This document shows positions 39,776 through 50,243 of a stretch of DNA of 64,000 bases, piece by piece. The stretch is from an uncultured Chloroflexia bacterium (GTDB lineage Bacteria; Chloroflexota; Anaerolineae; Anaerolineales; E44-bin32): the NCBI GenBank assembly GCA_963797485.1, contig CAWCPF010000002.1, positions 223,217 through 287,216 on the forward strand, given 5' to 3'. The notes under the pieces were generated by a model. The model worked only from the letters and a program-made list of their open reading frames with translations, searched no databases and had not been told where the DNA came from. The first letter of the stretch is position 1; each line of letters begins with the position of its first letter. Position numbers and translations under genes: made by a program.

Positions 39776-39804
39776 TTGACACACTCCGGTGAATACCCTA
39801 GGAT
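39776..39804 (+). promoter_or_regulatory. sigma-70-type promoter TTGACA-17-TAGGAT for the amino-acid ABC operon
   Basis: Read directly from the sequence. It leaves a ~205-nt leader before ATG 40015. Confidence 0.55.
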
Positions 39805-40014
39805 ACGGACATCCAACGCTCTTGCACGCCGCAAGACCACGCAACTTAGCACCCGTCCAGGGTCCAGCACCTGGGAAGTTGAGGCCAAGGCCGCACCCTT
39901 CCAGTGCGCAGGATCAACCGTCTCTTTGGGAGAGAGGAGGCGAGCGACCCTCACACCTTGCGGAAGACTGTAAATTCCTAGAGTCAAGTGAACACTCATA
40001 GGAGGAGGAGAAAC

Positions 40015-41139
40015 ATGTTTCGTAAGCTGACCCTTGCAGTTTCGGTTTTGATGGTGGCCTCGATCGCTCTGGCAGCCTGCGCCCCGTCGGCCACGCCGGC
40101 GCCGAGCGGCGGAGGCCCGAGCGCCGATCAGCCAACGGCCACGGCCGCCAGCGGCGGAGATGAAGTCATGCCGGAGCAGACCACCGGCCGCGGGGAAATC
40201 ATGAGCCGCGTCCAGGACCGCGGCAGCGTGGTGTGTGGCGGACGCACCGATCTGGCAGGATTTGGTTTCCTGGATGAAAGTGGCAACAACAAGGGCTTCG
40301 ATATCGACCTGTGCAAAGCCGTGGCGGCTGCCGTTCTTGGAGACCCGGAAGCCGTCGAAATCGTCCCCCTGACCGCCGACGAACGCGGCCCCGCGCTGCA
40401 AACCGGCGAGGTCGATTTGCTGGCGCGCAATGTGACGTGGACCTGCAGCCGCGATGCCCAGTGGGGCAACTTCACCTGGATTACGTTCTACGACGGGCAA
40501 GGCTTCATGGTCCCGGCGGACAGCGGCATCACCACCATCGAACAGCTGGATGGCGCTACGATCTGCGTCACCAGCGGGACCACCACCGAGCTCAACCTGG
40601 CGGATGCCTTCCGGCAGCGGGGCCTGGAGTACACAGCCTTGTCGTTCGAAGACACCGCCACCGTCTACGGAACCTATGAAGACGGGCGTTGTGATGCCAC
40701 CACCAGCGACAAGTCTCAGCTAGCTTCGGTGCGCACGGGTTTCCAGGATCCAAACGCACATGTCATCCTGGACATCACCATTTCCAAGGAGCCGCTGACC
40801 CCGGCCGTCCCGTCGGGTGATGATCAATGGTTCGACGCTGTGAAGATGGTGATCTTCGGCTTGATCAACGCTGAGGAACTGGGGGTGACCCAGGCGAATG
40901 TCGAGGACATGAAGACCAGCGACAACGTGGAGGTACGACGCCTGCTCGGTGTGGAAGGCGAATGGGGCCAGGCCGACCTCGGGCTTGAGCCGGATGCGAT
41001 TGCCAAAGCGGTGGCGGCCGTCGGAAACTACGGAGAAATTTACGACCGCTACTTGGGCCCCGACGCGCTCAACATCCCGCGCGGCCCCAATCGACTGTGG
41101 ACCGACGGTGGCCTGATTTACGCCCCGCCGCTCCGCTAG
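40015..41139 (+). CDS. amino acid ABC transporter substrate-binding lipoprotein (AapJ-like)
   Basis: GGAGGAGGAG RBS and lipobox LAAC. There is a general L-amino-acid-binding family pattern (GFDIDLCKAVAAAV, NVTWTCSRD). Confidence 0.85.
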   Translation: MFRKLTLAVSVLMVASIALAACAPSATPAPSGGGPSADQPTATAASGGDEVMPEQTTGRGEIMSRVQDRGSVVCGGRTDLAGFGFLDESGNNKGFDIDLCKAVAAAVLGDPEAVEIVPLTADERGPALQTGEVDLLARNVTWTCSRDAQWGNFTWITFYDGQGFMVPADSGITTIEQLDGATICVTSGTTTELNLADAFRQRGLEYTALSFEDTATVYGTYEDGRCDATTSDKSQLASVRTGFQDPNAHVILDITISKEPLTPAVPSGDDQWFDAVKMVIFGLINAEELGVTQANVEDMKTSDNVEVRRLLGVEGEWGQADLGLEPDAIAKAVAAVGNYGEIYDRYLGPDALNIPRGPNRLWTDGGLIYAPPLR

Positions 41140-41213
41140 CCCTGTCGAGCTAACGCTCATCTGGGGCGCGGGCGTCGCCCGCGCCCCAGACACCTACTCC
41201 TGACCGAGGCCCG

Positions 41214-42416
41214 GTGGCCGTTTCACCCCCCTCCGGCAGCATCCCGCGCAACGCCAGCCAAATTCCCCTCTGGCGAGACGAGCGGGTCTTGCGGGCCTCT
41301 GCCCAGGCCGTGTCGGCGGTAGTCGTCTTGGGATTGTTGTACTGGGCCTTGGCCAACGCCATCAGCGCCGCTAACCAGCGAGGCCTGAGCCTGGGTTTTG
41401 GCTTCCTCGAGCAGTCGGCCGGGTTCCCCATCGCCGAATCTCCCATCGGCTACAGCCCCTCTGACACCTTCGGAATAGCTTTCATGGCCGGCGTCCTCAA
41501 CACGCTAAAAGTGGCCAGCCTGGGCATCGTCCTGGCAACCGTATTGGGCACGTTGGTGGGGCTGGCGAGGCTGTCGTCGAATTGGCTGGTGAGCCGGTTG
41601 GCGCTGGTCTACATCGAGGCCCACCGCAATATCCCCCTGCTGGTGCTCTTGTTCCTGTGGTACCGAGGCGTGTGGACGACCCAGCTGCCCGGGGTCAAAG
41701 ACGCGCTTCAGCTGCCGGGCCCCATATTCCTCACGCAGCGCGGCGTGTACATGGTATGGCCACGCCTCACCGCGCAGGGCGACCCCTTTGCGATCCTGAT
41801 GGTCGTGGGGGTGGTCTTGTCGCTAATCGCTTGGCAGGTCCTGCGCCGGATTCGAGAGCAGACCGGCCGGCCGACTTATTTCGGCGCCGTCAGTCTGGGA
41901 CTGCTGATCCTGCTGCCGGCCATCGGCTGGGTGCTATCTGGGGGACAACCGCTGGTCTGGGATCCGCCTCACCTGCAAGGTTTCAACTTTGCGGGCGGCG
42001 TCCATTTGACTCCCGAGTTTGTGGCGCTGCTGATCTCGCTGGTGATGTACACCGCCGCCTTTATCGCCGAAGTGGTCAGGGCGGGGATCCAGGCTGTGGA
42101 TCGCGGCCAGACAGAAGCCGCGCACGCGTTAGGCCTAGGCCCCTTTCATGTCCTGGGCCTGGTCATCCTCCCACAAGCCCTGCGGGTGATCATCCCACCC
42201 CTCATCAGCCAGTTCCTGAATCTGACCAAGAACTCAAGCCTGGCCTTTTTCATCGGCTTTCCGGAGCTGTTCACCATCAGTCGAATCATGATCAACCAGG
42301 CGGGACGCGCTGTCCCCGTTTTTCTGATGATGATGGCCGCCTACCTGGCGATGAGCCTGCTGACGTCGTTCGTCCTCAATATCTACAACCGCCGTATTCA
42401 GTTAATCGAGAGATAG
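41214..42416 (+). CDS. amino acid ABC transporter permease (AapQ-like)
   Basis: 400 aa. The EAA-type loop is GQTEAAHALGL...LPQALRVIIPPL. Confidence 0.85.
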   Translation: MAVSPPSGSIPRNASQIPLWRDERVLRASAQAVSAVVVLGLLYWALANAISAANQRGLSLGFGFLEQSAGFPIAESPIGYSPSDTFGIAFMAGVLNTLKVASLGIVLATVLGTLVGLARLSSNWLVSRLALVYIEAHRNIPLLVLLFLWYRGVWTTQLPGVKDALQLPGPIFLTQRGVYMVWPRLTAQGDPFAILMVVGVVLSLIAWQVLRRIREQTGRPTYFGAVSLGLLILLPAIGWVLSGGQPLVWDPPHLQGFNFAGGVHLTPEFVALLISLVMYTAAFIAEVVRAGIQAVDRGQTEAAHALGLGPFHVLGLVILPQALRVIIPPLISQFLNLTKNSSLAFFIGFPELFTISRIMINQAGRAVPVFLMMMAAYLAMSLLTSFVLNIYNRRIQLIER

Positions 42417-42417
42417 C

Positions 42418-43695
42418 GTGACGGCCATCCAGGAAGAGACTCGACCACCCGAAAGGCCGGCGCTGATCCAGTGGATCCGGCAGAACCTCTTCAGCACGTG
42501 GTACAACGCGCTGCTGACGGTCGTCTCGCTGGCTGTGATCTACTTCGCCGTTTCCGGTTTGGTGCGCTGGACGCTTTTCACCGCCGACTGGACTCCGGTC
42601 AGCCAGAACTTCATGCTCTTCCTGGTAGGACAATACCCGAGAGACCAACTATGGCGTCTTGCCGGTTGCCTCGTCTTGGTCTCTTTCCTGCTCGGCGCGA
42701 GCTGGGCCAAGTGGGGAGAGACCTTGCGCACCTTCGGGGTGACCCTGGCCGCCCTGTACGTGCTTGTGGCGGTGCTGCCCATCAGCAACGTTCCGATGCC
42801 GATGCGCGTCTTCATGGCCGCCAATCCAGCCGTGATGCTGGTGGCGTACCTCGCCACCCGGCGATGGCGCTGGTCTGGGCGAAATCTGCTACTCGCCTGG
42901 CTAGGTTCGGGGATCGTCGTCTGGTTCCTGCTGCGGGGCATTGGCGGAACTGCCTGGCTGCCTTCGGTGCCCATCGGAACTTGGGGAGGCCTGCTGGTCA
43001 CGGTCCTTCTGGCCGTGGCTGGCATTTTGCTTTCGTTTCCCATTGGCGTGCTGCTGGCACTCGCCAGACGATCGACCCTGCCCGTCTTGAGCGTGTTTTC
43101 CACCGTCTTCATCGAGCTGATACGCGGGGTTCCACTTATCAGTATCCTGTTCCTCTTCTCGCTGATCGTGCCGCTCTTCCTGCCCCCCGGCGTCCGCTTT
43201 GACCGGCTTCTGCGGGCCATGGTGGCCATGACCGTCTTCAGCGCCGCCTATATGGCAGAGAACATACGGGGAGGACTACAGGCAATTCCTCATGGCCAGT
43301 TCGAGGCCGCCCGGGCGGTCGGGCTAAACAACTTCCAGACAACGCTCTTCATCGTGCTGCCACAGGCGCTGCGCAAGGTCATTCCGACCGTCGTCGGCCA
43401 ATTCATCACACTCTTCAAGGACACCACCCTCGCTTCCGGCGTGGCGGTTCTCGAGATCCTGAGCATCGCCCGGTCCGTTTTGCAGGGCAACCCGGAGTTC
43501 TTGCGCCTGCAGGCGGAAGTCTACGTGTTTATCGCCGCTATCTTCTGGATTTTCAGTTATTCTATGTCTGTCGCCAGCCGCCGAATCGAAACTCAGCTCG
43601 GCGTCGGCGAACGTAGGAAGGATTCGCCCATGTCCCAGATCCTCACGCCTGAACTCCGACGACGGTCTGATCATCGAGTGCCACGACGTCCATAA
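42418..43695 (+). CDS. amino acid ABC transporter permease (AapM-like); 3' end uncertain
   Basis: [11 protein letters not shown]...[11 protein letters not shown]. The ORF runs through the RBS and ATG of the next gene, so an indel near 43614 probably hides the true stop. Confidence 0.8.
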   Translation: MTAIQEETRPPERPALIQWIRQNLFSTWYNALLTVVSLAVIYFAVSGLVRWTLFTADWTPVSQNFMLFLVGQYPRDQLWRLAGCLVLVSFLLGASWAKWGETLRTFGVTLAALYVLVAVLPISNVPMPMRVFMAANPAVMLVAYLATRRWRWSGRNLLLAWLGSGIVVWFLLRGIGGTAWLPSVPIGTWGGLLVTVLLAVAGILLSFPIGVLLALARRSTLPVLSVFSTVFIELIRGVPLISILFLFSLIVPLFLPPGVRFDRLLRAMVAMTVFSAAYMAENIRGGLQAIPHGQFEAARAVGLNNFQTTLFIVLPQALRKVIPTVVGQFITLFKDTTLASGVAVLEILSIARSVLQGNPEFLRLQAEVYVFIAAIFWIFSYSMSVASRRIETQLGVGERRKDSPMSQILTPELRRRSDHRVPRRP

Positions 43696-44398
43696 GTGGT
43701 TCGGCTCGTTTCACGCGCTGAAGGGCATCGATATGGACGTCGAACACGGCGAGGTGATCGTCATCTTCGGCCCCTCCGGGTCCGGCAAATCGACTTTTAT
43801 CCGGACCATCAACCGTCTTGAAGAACATCAACATGGGCAAATCATCGTCGATGGCATCGAACTAACCCATGACGTTCACAACATTGCCGCCATCCGAAGC
43901 GAAATCGGGATGGTTTTCCAGCAGTTCAACCTCTTCCCGCATTTGACCGTCCTTCAGAATGTCTCTCTGGCGCCGATCTTTGTTCGGAAGTGGCCCAAAG
44001 AACAGGCCGAGCAGGGCGCCCGCGAGCTGCTGGCACGCGTCGGGATCCCGGAGCAGTCCGAGAAGTTCCCTGGCCAATTGTCCGGCGGCCAGCAGCAGCG
44101 GGTGGCCATCGCGCGTGCGCTGGCCATGCAGCCGAAGATCATGCTGTTCGATGAGCCCACGTCGGCCCTCGACCCCGAAATGATCAAAGAGGTGTTGGAC
44201 GTGATGATCTCGTTGGCCCAGTCGGGGATGACGATGCTGGTCGTGACGCATGAGATGGGCTTCGCCAAGGCGGTCGCCGACCGCATGTACTTTTTCGACG
44301 CAGGTCAGGTGGTCGAGACCGGGACACCCGAGGAGATCTTCCAGAACCCCAAGCAGGACAGAACCAAGCTGTTCCTTTCCCAGATCCTCTCCCACTGA
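43630..44398 (+). CDS. amino acid ABC transporter ATP-binding protein, apparent frameshift near 43650
   Basis: AGGAAGGA RBS plus ATG 43630 (MSQILTPE), then in the next frame [19 protein letters not shown]...GPSGSGKST...[15 protein letters not shown]...[10 protein letters not shown]. Confidence 0.85.
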
Positions 44399-44413
44399 AG
44401 CCGCGCCAGTTAC

Positions 44414-44812
44414 TTATTGTGAAATGGTCCCCACCTGGGTGCCGTTCAACCAGACGGAGTAACGGCCCTGTCCGAAGCTTCCGAGGGGGATGCGCAAATT
44501 CATGGGGGCCACGATTTGGATACAAGCTTGCTCGGCCGGGGCCTGGGAGTGGAGTTCGACCTGAACCCGGCCGAGCGAATCGGGGCCGGAAACCGACCAC
44601 ACGGCTTCGTGGCATGGATCGGGCAGGTGCCCATCGACCTGCAGCACGACTTGCACCGGGTAACTTTCAAGGGAGATCAATTGGGTCTGGTCGACGTAGA
44701 CCGGGCCGAGGCTGACGCCTGCTCCGCCGGGGGGCGTGACCGGCGGCCGGCCGGCGCAGGCTGCCTGCGTGGCCAGGATCAAACTCAACAGCATCACGGG
44801 TAAAGATTTCAT
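44414..44812 (-). CDS. lipoprotein, unknown function
   Basis: Lipobox ATQAAC. The domain is ESYPVQVVLQVDGHLPDPCHE...CIQIVAPM, with two Cys. Confidence 0.55.
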   Translation of the reverse strand: MKSLPVMLLSLILATQAACAGRPPVTPPGGAGVSLGPVYVDQTQLISLESYPVQVVLQVDGHLPDPCHEAVWSVSGPDSLGRVQVELHSQAPAEQACIQIVAPMNLRIPLGSFGQGRYSVWLNGTQVGTISQ

Positions 44813-44985
44813 CCAACTCGTCCTTCCGGCGAACCGGCTGTCGTCTTAGACTATGGACGGCGCTGTACGCGCCACAAGTTCCCGCCTGGGATGATGGTTG
44901 CGAAGGCTCAACCATGATACGCCGAGCAGGCCGCCAACACCCGGATGGCCATGGGTGGTCAAGCTGACCGGAAAGGATCGTCCGC

Positions 44986-46032
44986 GTGCCGTCATTGCCT
45001 GTGGATACCGATTTCCTGACGTCGCTCCTTCTGAAGCTGCTTGAGACCCCCAGCCCGACGGGATTTGCCGGGCCGGCGCTTGAGGTGGTCCAGGGCGCGC
45101 TGGACCAGCTCGGGCTGGAGGCGCGGCGCACGCGCAAGGGCGCGCTCGTGGCCGCCTGGGCCGGGGAGGCGGATGACGCGCCGCGGGGCCTGACGGCCCA
45201 TGTTGACACTTTGGGGGCGGTGGTCAAAGAGCTCACGTCCAACGGCCGGCTCAAACTCTCCAGGCTGGGATCTTTCAGCTGGAACTCCGTGGAAGGAGAG
45301 ACGTGCCGGGTCTTGACGCGCCAGGGCAGCCAAGTCAGCGGCACCATTCTGCCGGACAAAGCCAGCGTGCACGTGCACGGCAAGGAGGTCAGCAACTCGC
45401 CGCGCACTGATGAGCACATGCAGGTCCGTTTGGACGCCCGGGTCCACGACCCCGAGGACGTCCGCGCGCTGGGGATAGACGTCGGAGATGCCGTGGCCTT
45501 TGACGCCCGGCCGGCGATCCTGCCGACAGGTTTCATCCGCTCGCGCCATCTGGACGACAAGGCCTGTGTGGCCTGCGTGTTGACCGCCGTCCGTGGGATG
45601 CTTTCCGCCGGCAGGCAGCCTGGCCAGACCACGCATTTGCACTTCAGCAACTATGAAGAAGTCGGGCATGGCGCAGCCGTCGGCCTGCCTCGCGAGCTGG
45701 CCGAGCTGGTGGCGGTGGACATGGCCGCCGTCGGCCAGGGACAGAATTCCGACGAGTTCCACGTGACCGTATGCGCCAAAGACAGCGGCGGACCTTACAA
45801 CTCCGCCTTGACCACCCGGCTCGTTCGGCTGGCCGAGGCCGAAGGCATCCCGTTCAAAGTGGACGTCTACCCGTATTACGGGTCCGACGGCGAGGCCTAC
45901 TGGCGCGCGGGCGGCGACGCCGCGCTGGGCCTGATCGGGCCCGGCGTGGACGCCTCGCACCACTACGAGCGCACCCACCTGGACGCTTTGGTGGCCACGG
46001 TGCAGCTCATCACGGCCTATCTGACTTCGTGA
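44986..46032 (+). CDS. M42 family peptidase (glutamyl aminopeptidase / NAGGN-type)
   Basis: 348 aa with HVDTLG, SRHLDDKACVA and NYEEVGHGAA motifs. Confidence 0.8.
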   Translation: MPSLPVDTDFLTSLLLKLLETPSPTGFAGPALEVVQGALDQLGLEARRTRKGALVAAWAGEADDAPRGLTAHVDTLGAVVKELTSNGRLKLSRLGSFSWNSVEGETCRVLTRQGSQVSGTILPDKASVHVHGKEVSNSPRTDEHMQVRLDARVHDPEDVRALGIDVGDAVAFDARPAILPTGFIRSRHLDDKACVACVLTAVRGMLSAGRQPGQTTHLHFSNYEEVGHGAAVGLPRELAELVAVDMAAVGQGQNSDEFHVTVCAKDSGGPYNSALTTRLVRLAEAEGIPFKVDVYPYYGSDGEAYWRAGGDAALGLIGPGVDASHHYERTHLDALVATVQLITAYLTS

Positions 46033-46768
46033 CTCTCCCCGAGAACGCCCAGGCCGCGGCGCCCACAAGCGCCGGCCGCGCCTTTGTCCAGGGTGTGCAG
46101 GACCAGGTCCCCATCTTGCTTGGGGTCATCCCGTTCGGGTTGATCTTCGGCGCGCTGGCGGTCTCCCAGGGCATCTCGGGCTGGGCCACTCAGGGACTGT
46201 CGATCCTGGTGTTCGCCGGCTCGGCCCAGTTTGTGGCGGCTGAGCTGGCTGGATCCGGCGCGCCGGCCCTGCTGATCGTCTTCACCATCCTGGTGGTCAA
46301 TCTGCGCCATATGCTCTACAGCGCCAGCCTGGCGCCTCACTTCCGGCGCCTGCCCCTGCGCTGGCGGGCCGTCCTCGCCTGGCTGTTGACCGATGAAGCC
46401 TTCGCCACCACCTCATCCAGGGTCAGCCGAGGCAACACCCATCAGCTGCACTGGTACCTGTTGGGCACCGGGCTGGCTCTGTGGGCCTGCTGGCAAATCA
46501 GCACGGCGGTCGGAAATCTTGCTTGGGGCCGGGGTTCCCTCCAGTTGGTCGCTGGATTTCGCGCTGCCCCTGACGTTCATGGCTCTGATCGCCCCCAGCC
46601 TGACCGACCGCCCGGCTTTGGCGGCCGCCGGCGCCGCGGGACGTGGCCGCCGTGGCCCTGGCCGGCCTGCCCTACCATCTGGGGCTGGTGCTGGCCGGCC
46701 TGATCGGCATTGTCGTGGGGATGGGGTTCGAACGCTGGCGGCAGATGGCAGCCGGAATACACCCATGA
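46029..46768 (+). CDS. azlC: AzlC family branched-chain amino acid exporter subunit, two apparent frameshifts (near 46520 and 46640)
   Basis: GTGA overlap with the M42 stop. VFAGSAQFVAAEL...NLRHMLYSASL, then DFALPLTFMALIAPSL, then LAGLPYHLGLVLAGLIGIVVG. Confidence 0.7.
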
Positions 46769-47097
46769 CGCCGGCTTTTTGGGCGGTGGTCCTGCTGGGA
46801 GGCCTGGCGGTCACGTATGCCACGCGTTTGTCCTTCCTGGTGTTGCTCGGCCAGGATGCCCTGCCGGGGCAGCTCCGCCGCGGATTGCGCTTCGTCGCGC
46901 CGTCGATCCTGGCGGCGTTGATCCTGCCCGCGCTGACCCTCGATCCCGCCGGCCGGCTTGCCCTATGGCCCATCATGCCGCGTTTGCTGGCCGGGCTGCT
47001 GGCCGTGGCTGTGGCCTGGAGATTCCGCAACACCTGGCTGACGATCGCCGCCGGCATGGGAAGTCTGTGGATTTTGCAGGCGCTGATCGGCCCTTGA
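46765..47097 (+). CDS. azlD: AzlD family protein
   Basis: ATGA overlap with azlC. 110 aa, 3-4 TM, LAVTYATRLSF motif. Confidence 0.7.
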   Translation: MTPAFWAVVLLGGLAVTYATRLSFLVLLGQDALPGQLRRGLRFVAPSILAALILPALTLDPAGRLALWPIMPRLLAGLLAVAVAWRFRNTWLTIAAGMGSLWILQALIGP

Positions 47098-47103
47098 CTG
47101 GCT

Positions 47104-47122
47104 TTGTGAAAACTTTCACGAA
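47104..47122. promoter_or_regulatory. CRP/FNR-type palindrome variant TTGTGAaaacttTCACGAA
   Basis: Centred ~45 bp upstream of the TAGAAT hexamer of the CDF gene. Confidence 0.4.
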
Positions 47123-47167
47123 CGCACCGTTGCCATCGGTCCGGCGCAGGGCAGGTAGAATCGCCGC

Positions 47168-48082
47168 ATGCAGAACCGCCCGCGCCTGACCCGTTTTGCC
47201 TGGTTGTCCATCTTTGCGGCCCTGGCCACCATGGGCCTCAAAGCCGGCGCCTACTGGCTAACGGGTTCGGTCGGGCTGCTGTCGGACGCGCTCGAGTCCG
47301 GCGTCAATCTGATGGCCGCCGTCCTGGCGCTGATCGTCCTGACCGTCGTGGCGCGCCCGCCGGATGAAGAACATGGCTACGGCCACGAAAAAGCTGAGTA
47401 CTTCTCCAGCGGCGCCGAGGGGGCATTCATCCTGATGGCCGCCGTCGTCATTGCCGTCAATGCGCTCCGGCGCTTGCTCTCCCCGGTGCCGCTGCACGAG
47501 CTCGGGCTGGGGGTGGCAATCTCGGCTGTCGCCTCGATCATCAACCTGGTGGTCGCCCAGGTCCTGCTGAGGGTCAGCCGCCGGGCCCGATCGATCGCGC
47601 TGGAAGCCGATGCCCGGCACCTGCTTTCGGATGTGTGGTCGTCGGGGGCGATCTTGCTGGGCGTGGCCGTGGTAGCCATCACCGGTTGGGAGCCCTTGGA
47701 CGCGCTGGTCGCCCTGGCGGGCGCGGCCATCATCACCTGGGCCGGGCTAAACCTGGTGCGCCGCTCGATCCTGGGCTTAATGGACACAGCCCTGCCGGAG
47801 CCCGATCTTCAGGCCGTCCGGTCAATTCTGCAAGCCTACGAAGCCCGGGGCGTGCGCTACCATGCCCTGCGCAGCCGCCAGTCAGGCGCCCGATCGTTCG
47901 TGTCGCTGCACATTCAGGTGCCGGGGAGTTGGACTATTCAGCAGGGGCACAATCTGCTGGAGACTATCGAGGCGCAGGTGCGTCGTGCGCTTCCTTCGGC
48001 GAGTGTGTTCACCCACATCGAGCCGATCGAGGATCCCAGCTCGTGGGACGACCAGCGCCTCGACCGGACAAACGCGGCCTAG
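47168..48082 (+). CDS. cation diffusion facilitator (CDF) family transporter
   Basis: SDALESGVNL, HLLSDVWSS, and a C-terminal cytoplasmic domain. TAGAAT lies 6 nt upstream of the ATG, with no SD. Confidence 0.85.
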   Translation: MQNRPRLTRFAWLSIFAALATMGLKAGAYWLTGSVGLLSDALESGVNLMAAVLALIVLTVVARPPDEEHGYGHEKAEYFSSGAEGAFILMAAVVIAVNALRRLLSPVPLHELGLGVAISAVASIINLVVAQVLLRVSRRARSIALEADARHLLSDVWSSGAILLGVAVVAITGWEPLDALVALAGAAIITWAGLNLVRRSILGLMDTALPEPDLQAVRSILQAYEARGVRYHALRSRQSGARSFVSLHIQVPGSWTIQQGHNLLETIEAQVRRALPSASVFTHIEPIEDPSSWDDQRLDRTNAA

Positions 48083-48139
48083 GCGCGCTTGCAGGGACGC
48101 TCGTTCTATCACAACGCTTCGATTGAAGGCATCCAGAGC

Positions 48140-49756
48140 TTAAGGAGCGGCCGTCGGCGTGCACGGCGGCAAGTGCTTGTTGCCGTGCTCCCCGACGCGG
48201 CAGCGATCGCCGCTGGGCGTGTCCGTCGGCGCCGGCGCGCCGGAGGTGCTGGTGGGCTGCGGCGCGGGTGTGTTGCTTGGAGCCGGCGCGGGGGTCTGGC
48301 TGGGCGGGACAGCGGTCGACGTGGGCTGGGAGGCCGGCGTGTTGGAGGCACCCCCGCCGCCTGAAGCTGTGGCCGTCGGCGAGGCAGGGCCAGGGGTGGG
48401 CGAGGAAGTTCCATTAGCCTGGCCACTTTGGCCGGTCGATCCGCCCGGCGTGGCGGCTGTCGAGCTGCCGGAAGTTACCGCCATCGGCCTGCTGGTGACC
48501 TGTGACGTGGGGGTGGCGTCGGACGACAGACTGGCGGGCAGCCGGCCGGGCCCGGCCATCGCCATGGCCTTCACGGTCGCCTGCACCATGGCTTCGATGG
48601 CTGTGTCATTCAACCCCGGACCGGCCGCAGCCACCTGTGTGGACAGGGCCATGATCGTCGCCTGGTAATCGGCCTGGCTCAATCCCCCGATTTGGGGCGT
48701 AGAGCCATCCTGTGAGCCGGGTCGAAACGCGGCCAGCGCGAACCCGGCAGACGGCAGCAGGAATAAGAACAGCGTCGCCAGGGCTGCCGTCCGATAGCGC
48801 CAATGCCACGCCCGCCTGGCAATCCCGATCGGGCCGGCGAGCGGCGATCGCTCCATGATCCAGGTGGAGATGTCAAAACGATCGGGCTGTGGGATGAAGT
48901 TGCCCGCCGTATCGAAACTGGCCTCGACGGCTTGTCTGAACGCGCCGGCCAGTTCAGAAACCGAGCTGAAACGCTGCTCGGCTTTCTTGCTCAGCGCCTT
49001 GCTCAATAGATGGTCGAGGTCCTCGGGGATGCGCGGGTTGACAACGCGGGCCCTGGGGATGGGTTGATTGATTTGCTGCACGGCGACGGCCATGGGCGTG
49101 TCGCCGGAGAAGGGCAGCGTCCCGGTGCAGATCTGGTAAAGCACAATGCCGAGCGAGTACTGGTCGGAGCGGGGCGTAACGGCCTGGCCCTGGCATTGCT
49201 CCGGGGACATGTAGGCCGGCGTGCCGATCACGGCCGAGCCCGTTAAGCTCCCGGAGAGGTCCCCAACGTGCGCGAATCCAAAGTCCGAGAGCAAGGCGCG
49301 CCCCTCGTCGGACAGCAGGATGTTGGAGGGCTTGACGTCACGGTGCACGATCCCGTGATCGTGGGCGAACTGCAGGCCAGCGGCGACATCGTCGATCAGC
49401 TGGACCCCCTCTTGCGGGGTGAGCGGCCCGGATTCCAGACGGTTGTACAGCGTGCCGCGCGGCATGAACGGCATCACAATATAGGCCAGGCCGTCGTCTT
49501 CGCCATAATCGAGGACCGGCACAACGTTGGGATGCTTGAGCTCCAGCAGGAGCTCGATCTCCCGCTTGAATCGGCTCTTGAACTTGGGGTCTTGCGCGAT
49601 ATACGGGGAGAGGACTTTGACCGCCACGGTCTCATTGCGGACGGCGTCGATGGCCTTGTAGACCGTGGTCATGCCGCCCTGGCCGATTTGGTCCAGGATG
49701 TGGTAGTTGCCTAGCTGCTGGCCCTCCATACGATCCACTGGCTGCTGCTGCCTCAC
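48140..49756 (-). CDS. Ser/Thr protein kinase with one TM and a long S/T/P-rich extracytoplasmic tail
   Basis: GQGGMTTVYKA, HRDVKPSNILL, DFGFA and GTPAYMSPE motifs. Confidence 0.85.
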   Translation of the reverse strand: MRQQQPVDRMEGQQLGNYHILDQIGQGGMTTVYKAIDAVRNETVAVKVLSPYIAQDPKFKSRFKREIELLLELKHPNVVPVLDYGEDDGLAYIVMPFMPRGTLYNRLESGPLTPQEGVQLIDDVAAGLQFAHDHGIVHRDVKPSNILLSDEGRALLSDFGFAHVGDLSGSLTGSAVIGTPAYMSPEQCQGQAVTPRSDQYSLGIVLYQICTGTLPFSGDTPMAVAVQQINQPIPRARVVNPRIPEDLDHLLSKALSKKAEQRFSSVSELAGAFRQAVEASFDTAGNFIPQPDRFDISTWIMERSPLAGPIGIARRAWHWRYRTAALATLFLFLLPSAGFALAAFRPGSQDGSTPQIGGLSQADYQATIMALSTQVAAAGPGLNDTAIEAMVQATVKAMAMAGPGRLPASLSSDATPTSQVTSRPMAVTSGSSTAATPGGSTGQSGQANGTSSPTPGPASPTATASGGGGASNTPASQPTSTAVPPSQTPAPAPSNTPAPQPTSTSGAPAPTDTPSGDRCRVGEHGNKHLPPCTPTAAP

Positions 49757-49903
49757 CCAGCCCTTGACCGATCGCCCGAACGGAGGCGGCGCGGGCCACC
49801 CTCCCCCGGTCTTGACCTACAATGCCTGACAATATTGATTCTGACGGCAAGGTTCTCGGGTATCAAGTCCCATATCTGGGCGACCCGGGCCTGCGGCCCC
49901 CAC

Positions 49904-50209
49904 CTATACGGAATTCTGCACCACTTTGGCATACATCAGGGTCACCAGACCCTCGGCAAACTGGTTGAGGTTGTCGCCGGCGGCCTGCATTTCCGGGCTT
50001 CGCATGGCCGTGCGAAGGGCTTGTTCATCGTCGAAGTGCATGATAGCCATCAGGTAGACTCCCGCCCCCATGACGGTGCGCTCCACGCGGCGAACTTCGA
50101 TGCGCCTCAAACCCGGGACCTTTTCAATCAGGGGCAGATGGGTTGAAAAGTAGCTTTGGTCAAATCCCTGTGGATCTTCCGGCGGTGCGAACAGGGCGAC
50201 GAGGTCCAT
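49904..50209 (-). CDS. EthD family reductase
   Basis: MDLVALFAPPEDPQGFDQSYFSTHLPLIEKVPGL..., about 100 aa, ferredoxin-like EthD pattern. Confidence 0.65.
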   Translation of the reverse strand: MDLVALFAPPEDPQGFDQSYFSTHLPLIEKVPGLRRIEVRRVERTVMGAGVYLMAIMHFDDEQALRTAMRSPEMQAAGDNLNQFAEGLVTLMYAKVVQNSV

Positions 50210-50243
50210 GCGGCATGTCTCCTGGGTTGTCAGATCCGTTGGT

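Noticed and set aside
48159-48668. A 169-aa plus-strand ORF opposite the Ser/Thr kinase tail.
   Set aside because: It mirrors the P/T/S-rich low-complexity coding region of the kinase, so it is a shadow ORF.
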